DNA of 64,000 nt from a bacterium (lineage in GTDB: Bacteria; Zhuqueibacterota; Zhuqueibacteria; Residuimicrobiales; Krinioviventaceae): positions 480,001 through 544,000 of the forward strand of contig CAXXFV010000016.1 in NCBI GenBank assembly GCA_963674595.2, given 5' to 3'. Position 1 is the first letter of the stretch. The number at the start of each line of letters is the position of its first letter. The notes under the pieces are model-generated. The model was not told the origin of the DNA. It searched no databases and saw only the letters and a program-made list of their open reading frames with translations. The position numbers and the translations under genes were made by a program. Positions 59,013 through 64,000 of this stretch are shown here, piece after piece.

Positions 59013-60440
59013 CTATTTTTGAAAAATTAATTTTTTCGTTTCTGAAAAATCCTCGGTTTGTATTCTGTAAAAATAGATTCCACTTGAAAGTCCTGAGGCA
59101 TTCCAGGTTATACTAAAATTTCCGGCTGATTTATACTCTTCCATTAACGTAATAACCTTTTGCCCGGTAATGTTGTATATTTTTAAACTGACAAACGATG
59201 ACCTGGGCAAGCTAAACCGGATTTTTGTTGTTGTATTAAAAGGATTCGGATAATTTTGTTCAAGATAATGTTTATCCGCTACTGTGTTTTCATTGATTAC
59301 GAGGTTTGTCGAGTTATCAAATGGAATTATTAAAGTGGGATCTCCTAACAGTGTGAATCTTTTCATGACGCTTTCTTCAGATTCATTCTCATTTTCAAGT
59401 TCACATTTTGTTTGTAAAAAAGCCTCACCAATTGTAGAATTTGGATTACCAAGAATATTGGAGTGAAAAGATTTTAAAAAGACTGAACCTGGTGTCAGGT
59501 AATTAAGCCCCGAAGAGCAGATTATTGCCACAGCACCCTTTTGGTCAAATGAAATTAGTTTTTCAACAACGCTTTGTTGTAAAGGATCATCGAAATTTTG
59601 ATTACATGCAACAGCCGTCAAAATAAAAGGTTGTGTGTTGTTTAAAAGAGAATCAATCGTATGATATTGCATAATATGATATTTCGACCAGACTAGTGGA
59701 TTTCCATGCCCGCAGTAGGAAAAAAACAAAACATTATTATTCAGTCGTGTGAAAATATCTTGTTCTGTTCCGTAATATTCTGATTCCTCTCTCAGGTCAA
59801 TTCTTGTATAGCTATCCTCTGATAAATGTAGATTTTCTATATAGCTTTCGGTGACAGATTCAAAAATATTATTTTCTCCGGATAAAGTATCATGGTCCGT
59901 AACAAATAAAAATTGTTTTTTATAGGAATCATATTCTTCGAATTGGATTGTTTTGTTGATCATGTTGACCAATTCGTTTTCATTTCTTGCAGGAAATCTT
60001 CCTAAAGCAATGTCCGGCCTGTTATCATTATCATAGTTATTTACTGCAAACCATTCATCAAATGAAATGATTAAGGAATCAAATTTCGTTATAATTTGAC
60101 AAGAAGGAATATAATTAATGCCACCGGCGAGTAAACAATATTTGGGCGGTGTCTGCCAGTATTGTATGGCATAACTGATAAAATTTTTGATGGAATTTGT
60201 TTCTGATAAACTATCCGGAAATTCGACATATATAGAGTCGAGAATGATGTTTGTTGTGTTTATATATCGTGCGTTTTTATAATTTACATAGTCTGCCAAC
60301 TCATCCGCAAACTCTGCCGGACTGATAACGATATAGTCTGCGTTATTATTTGGGTCTTTTAATTTGCCAAATAATGAGTGGATGAATATTAAATTGCTTA
60401 TTGTAACTATTATGAGTGATGCCGTGAATTTTAATTTCAT
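59013..60440 (-). CDS. C25 (gingipain-family) cysteine peptidase with T9SS-type C-terminal sorting domain
   Basis: DYIVIS, IALGRFP, catalytic GHG and AC, LLGDP. CTD LEQNYPNPFN...YNITGQ...SGIYFY. Confidence 0.88.
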   Translation of the reverse strand: MKLKFTASLIIVTISNLIFIHSLFGKLKDPNNNADYIVISPAEFADELADYVNYKNARYINTTNIILDSIYVEFPDSLSETNSIKNFISYAIQYWQTPPKYCLLAGGINYIPSCQIITKFDSLIISFDEWFAVNNYDNDNRPDIALGRFPARNENELVNMINKTIQFEEYDSYKKQFLFVTDHDTLSGENNIFESVTESYIENLHLSEDSYTRIDLREESEYYGTEQDIFTRLNNNVLFFSYCGHGNPLVWSKYHIMQYHTIDSLLNNTQPFILTAVACNQNFDDPLQQSVVEKLISFDQKGAVAIICSSGLNYLTPGSVFLKSFHSNILGNPNSTIGEAFLQTKCELENENESEESVMKRFTLLGDPTLIIPFDNSTNLVINENTVADKHYLEQNYPNPFNTTTKIRFSLPRSSFVSLKIYNITGQKVITLMEEYKSAGNFSITWNASGLSSGIYFYRIQTEDFSETKKLIFQK

Positions 60441-60502
60441 AACTCATACACCTTTTTAATGTGTTGTTTGATAAAATTAATGATAAAAAGTAATTGTCAA
60501 AC

Positions 60503-61315
60503 CTATTGTCCGTGTACATAAATACCTTTGTCCGTATGGACCCAGGAATTTTCTTTTTTTATATATTCATTCATATAGTATGTAAAATTTCCTAATAACG
60601 ATGAGGTAATGGCTTTTGAGTTATCTTTGTTTATTTTAATCCGTGTGAGCTTTGGTATTGAATGAATGATCCATTTGTTTGGTGATTCCGTTCTTCCACT
60701 GGTCACACGAATATAGGGCTTTAGAAGGGATTCTTTTTTTTTAGCTATATTATAATTCGGGCTGTATAAAAACCTGATCAAGATGTCATTATATTTTTGA
60801 TCCAGATACAGAATTTTATGTTGGTCCAAATTTTTAATTGGATATATATTTATAAGTGTTTCTGACTTTAATGTTTTATGTATTGTTGAATTGGAATAGA
60901 TTGGAAAATTTATTTCATTTACTTTTTCAACGACAACTTGATTAGGTAGAATAAAGTATTTACTGTTACGGCTTGATGTGTAAAGTTTAGGGTCAATAAG
61001 CGTAGAGTCCGTCATATCAATGTGATGATAAAAAGCTTTGTATATTTGCAGACCATCGTCATTACTGGAAGCTATGTTTTTATTATGGATTTCCCATGTT
61101 TGAAAGAATTCATCTAAATATGTTTTTCTATTCTCATTGTCTTTTAAGGCATGCCATAACAATTTTTCTTCTTCATATTCAGGTATTGTTGAAATAAAAT
61201 CTTTATCAAACGTTTTGCGAAAAGGATCATATTCGGAAAATGGAATACAATCGGTTAATGCTAAAAACAGAATTAGAAATGTTTGAGATAATTTCGATTT
61301 CATAATTTTATTCAT
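60503..61315 (-). CDS. Hypothetical lipoprotein-like protein
   Basis: Hydrophobic N-terminus ending LTDC. ATG 61315 overlaps the upstream TGA. Confidence 0.55.
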   Translation of the reverse strand: MNKIMKSKLSQTFLILFLALTDCIPFSEYDPFRKTFDKDFISTIPEYEEEKLLWHALKDNENRKTYLDEFFQTWEIHNKNIASSNDDGLQIYKAFYHHIDMTDSTLIDPKLYTSSRNSKYFILPNQVVVEKVNEINFPIYSNSTIHKTLKSETLINIYPIKNLDQHKILYLDQKYNDILIRFLYSPNYNIAKKKESLLKPYIRVTSGRTESPNKWIIHSIPKLTRIKINKDNSKAITSSLLGNFTYYMNEYIKKENSWVHTDKGIYVHGQ

Positions 61316-61923
61316 TCCGTCCATTGACATATATTAACCATATCATCAATATAATTTTCCAACTCGCATAGCTGATTAAATGATTTGGAATGTATTGGAG
61401 CGCTGTTGACAAAAATTTCCGTACAACATCCGAAATAGTGTTCAATGACATCAGATTTGTTATTTGTTTTGAGAGATATAATTACTGTGGAATTATCTGT
61501 CGCCCAAACAGCACAACTGTTTTCATCTTTATATCTCGATTTTAGCGAAAAAAAGTCATGTTCCATAAATTTGTCAACAATTTTTTTTACGTCATTTGCG
61601 GGAATATGGGAGATAATTCGTTTTTTCTTTTTAACATAGATTCTGCCTTCATAAATAACTGTACCATCACCATAAACGAGTAACCGATAGGATGGACAAG
61701 GCCCATAACACATAGTGCGCTCTAATGTGACGACAGTATCCTGATAGGCTGCATAAAATGCATCATATTTTTTTGAATAGGATTTATAATAACAACTGTT
61801 GGAAAATAGTGCAAAAATATTTAACAACATCAGTATAATTAAAACAGGAATATGATCTTGAATCCGATGCAATCTCTTCCTCGTATAGTAAAATCCCGTA
61901 TTTGAGAATGGAAATCCAGCCAA
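61312..61923 (-). CDS. DUF6438-like domain lipoprotein
   Basis: TLERTMCYGPCPSY...DGTVIYEG..YV, ATDNST motif. True start probably TTG 61872. Confidence 0.75.
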   Translation of the reverse strand: MAGFPFSNTGFYYTRKRLHRIQDHIPVLIILMLLNIFALFSNSCYYKSYSKKYDAFYAAYQDTVVTLERTMCYGPCPSYRLLVYGDGTVIYEGRIYVKKKKRIISHIPANDVKKIVDKFMEHDFFSLKSRYKDENSCAVWATDNSTVIISLKTNNKSDVIEHYFGCCTEIFVNSAPIHSKSFNQLCELENYIDDMVNICQWTE

Positions 61924-61990
61924 AAAATTATCAGAAACGCCCGGAATTACTCATTTGTTCTGAAAAATAAACCGTTATGGCTGGTAACAG

Positions 61991-62021
61991 AATAATACAA
62001 ATTATCTGAAACCAGCGCAAG
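61991..62021 (-). promoter_or_regulatory. Putative sigma70 promoter, copy 2 of a 31-bp element shared with 8357-8387
   Basis: Minus strand reads TTGCGC-N17-TATTAT, upstream of the DUF6438 gene. Confidence 0.5.
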
Positions 62022-62048
62022 AGCTTTTTTGTAAAATGGGTAAGGACA

Positions 62049-62621
62049 TTACCGGCAGGATTTTTTTATGTACTTTTTTAGCCTCTGCATAAATTTTATA
62101 GATTCTTTTTTCGCCTTGTTGGTATAAATATTTTTTAGGATTGAGGAGGTTAACGTACATTCCTGAAAATATTCGACCGTATACCCTGTTGAATCACCGT
62201 TGATCGAATAATATCCGGATGAAGACAGCATTTTGGGTAATAAACCGGTGTTCTGTTCAAAAGAAATTATTTCAAACAGGATTTTTTGATGATTTGATTG
62301 TAATGTCTTTCGGTAAACGGATTTGTTTGTGAATAAAAGTGTTGAAAAGGTATATTCAACATCATACCAATTCTCTCCCTGTTGAACCAGGGTGATGGAT
62401 TTGGCATTTGGAATGATGTTTTTCAGATGTTTAAAATCGTATAAAACGTCGAAGAGACAGTCCAATTCAGTGTTAATATCAAACCGTCCGAGAAATGAAT
62501 AGCAACTGTCAGCATGATTGAATTCATAATGTATGCCTTTACTCGTTCCACTTTCAGCCAGGAGAGGAAGAGGGTGATTGATAAAGAATAACAAAAGAAT
62601 AAATAACGAAAAGAAACGCAC
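62049..62621 (-). CDS. Exported START/SRPBCC (polyketide cyclase-like) domain protein
   Basis: GTG 62621 with AGGGAAGG RBS, signal peptide, LFDVLYDFKHLKNIIP, G.Y.I...TVEY and a C-terminal helix. Confidence 0.55.
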   Translation of the reverse strand: MRFFSLFILLLFFINHPLPLLAESGTSKGIHYEFNHADSCYSFLGRFDINTELDCLFDVLYDFKHLKNIIPNAKSITLVQQGENWYDVEYTFSTLLFTNKSVYRKTLQSNHQKILFEIISFEQNTGLLPKMLSSSGYYSINGDSTGYTVEYFQECTLTSSILKNIYTNKAKKESIKFMQRLKKYIKKSCR

Positions 62622-62653
62622 TTGATAACCTTCCCTTTTTGGATATTTATATT

Positions 62654-63949
62654 TCAAACAGACACTTTTTGCGGCCATGGTTGGCGGCGTGATTCGGTCC
62701 ACAATGTGTTCACATATCGCAATGCAAAATAGTTTTGTGCAAGGTGAAGCCAGAAAGAGCCGGAATCGGTCAATTCTATACTTCCGTTTTTGCGGGCAAC
62801 AAGGCCCAATCTTTCGATCCGATTCAACCACCGGCGGGCTTTGGCTGCATCGGTTCCGAGGGTTGTATCGAAATCGTCCATAGGAATCCGTGTGTCATAT
62901 AAACGCCAATAGAGCCACCACCAGCCTGATAGTTCACCTTTGAAAGGCATTCGCAGGGCAATGGCCGAGGTTTTTTTATGGGTTGCCTTTATGTAACTAT
63001 CCAGATCAAATGTATTCAGTACAAATCCGTCGCTAAGGTGTGATCCGGCGCCGGGACCGATCCCGATATAGCCGTCTCTGGTAATCGACGAGTAACGGGG
63101 GACAGCGCCCTGTTTAAAACCCCAAACAGATACCCGTTTGAATTCATGCTCATTACACCATTTGTTGATGGTTTGATAATGTGCCCGGCGTGTTCGCAGA
63201 TTCGGCATTTTTACTGAATTCAGACGCAGGTACTTTCCCACGGATGTGTAAGGGAATGTAAATAGGGGATAGGTGGTGAGCTGGTTCGCTCCCAGTTGTA
63301 CGGCCCGAGCCAGGTCTGTTGTTACACTGTCGGTATTCTGCCCCGGCAATGCAAACATAATATCCGCATTAACGGAAGTGAAATTACTCTTTGTCAATAA
63401 TTCCAGCGCATGCTCTGCGAGAGAAGGATCGTAATTTCGTCCTATCAACCTGAGATTTTCCGGTTGAAATGACTGCACACCAAGGGATACGAGTGAGACA
63501 TCTGCATCGTGCAGTTGCTGGACCGTCTTTTTATTAACATCAGCAGGATTCGTTTCTATGCAAATATCGCCGGTCAAACGAAAACGTTTTCGTATATGCT
63601 CAAGTACGGCGTCAACACTTTCTAAAGCAAGTGTTGGTGTGCCGCCGCCAATATAGATGCTTGTCACTTTTGCCGGACCGATTTTATCCGCCCACCAGTC
63701 TATCTCAGCCAGCGCTGCCCGTGTATAGGGATCGACCCGTGTTTTGTCATAGGGCACTTTGGTGTAAGGGCAATAGGGACAAACATTACGACAAAAGGGC
63801 ACATGTAAATACAGGGAGGTGCGCTCAATATGCGGTGGCTGCCAATTTTGGGGAGGACGTTCAAAAATCCATTGCTGTTCCGGACCAACAAAGTAACGAC
63901 GCACGTTTTGTGTTACAAAGCGTGAAAAATGTTGTCCAAAACTGCTCAC
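62654..63949 (-). CDS. HemN-like (class C) radical SAM enzyme
   Basis: LYLHVPFCRNVCPYC (CxxxCxxC), YIGGGTPT, ETNP, SLGVQSF, ADIMFALPGQ, GIGPGA. Confidence 0.9.
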   Translation of the reverse strand: MSSFGQHFSRFVTQNVRRYFVGPEQQWIFERPPQNWQPPHIERTSLYLHVPFCRNVCPYCPYTKVPYDKTRVDPYTRAALAEIDWWADKIGPAKVTSIYIGGGTPTLALESVDAVLEHIRKRFRLTGDICIETNPADVNKKTVQQLHDADVSLVSLGVQSFQPENLRLIGRNYDPSLAEHALELLTKSNFTSVNADIMFALPGQNTDSVTTDLARAVQLGANQLTTYPLFTFPYTSVGKYLRLNSVKMPNLRTRRAHYQTINKWCNEHEFKRVSVWGFKQGAVPRYSSITRDGYIGIGPGAGSHLSDGFVLNTFDLDSYIKATHKKTSAIALRMPFKGELSGWWWLYWRLYDTRIPMDDFDTTLGTDAAKARRWLNRIERLGLVARKNGSIELTDSGSFWLHLAQNYFALRYVNTLWTESRRQPWPQKVSV

Positions 63950-63999
63950 CAGTACCTCAGCATTTGGCGGATCGTACTGGGACGCAAACGTTGTAATTC
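63946..63999 (-). CDS. C-terminal fragment of an upstream gene (truncated by the window edge)
   Basis: ELQRLRPSTIRQMLRYW*. Its TGA overlaps the GTG start of the radical SAM gene (GTGA coupling). Confidence 0.55.
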   Translation of the reverse strand, partial: ELQRLRPSTIRQMLRYW

Positions 64000-64000
64000 C

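Noticed and set aside
1-64000. CRISPR array, rRNA/tRNA genes, anti-phage defence genes
   Set aside because: No regularly spaced repeats, structural RNA signatures or defence-type nuclease/ATPase motifs were recognised by eye.

Overview
AT-rich bacterial chromosomal segment with about 55 protein-coding genes. I saw no rRNA, tRNA, CRISPR array, integrase or transposase. Gene content points to an FCB-group diderm, perhaps KSB1/Calditrichota-like (inference only): Bacteroidota-type LptD, TonB receptors with a carboxypeptidase-like N-domain, and a C25 peptidase with an 'NYPNPFN' C-terminal sorting domain. A housekeeping-like core at about 15-32 kb holds pstS, an M28 peptidase, pduL-ogt-nudix-ssb, lptD, rarA and a TetR-TolC-MFP-RND pump. 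It is flanked by mostly minus-strand accessory genes rich in signal transduction: seven histidine kinases, five of them HisKA_2-type. Highlights: (1) a 50-aa Cys/His-rich metallothionein-like gene missing from the ORF track, lying behind an ArsR gene with a duplicated operator; (2) a TonB receptor-YfiR-CHASE8/HAMP kinase-phosphorelay operon; (3) an ErcA/ErcS-like Fe-ADH plus sensor-less kinase pair; (4) a BldC/Xis-like HTH gene with 10-bp-phased repeats over its promoter; (5) three paralogous orphan kinases sharing an uncharacterised membrane motif; (6) a perfect 30-bp LacI-type palindrome; (7) three apparent frameshifts that may be assembly errors. All family calls come from motif recognition by eye, not from database searches. 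Several start codons were moved from the ORF track on RBS evidence.
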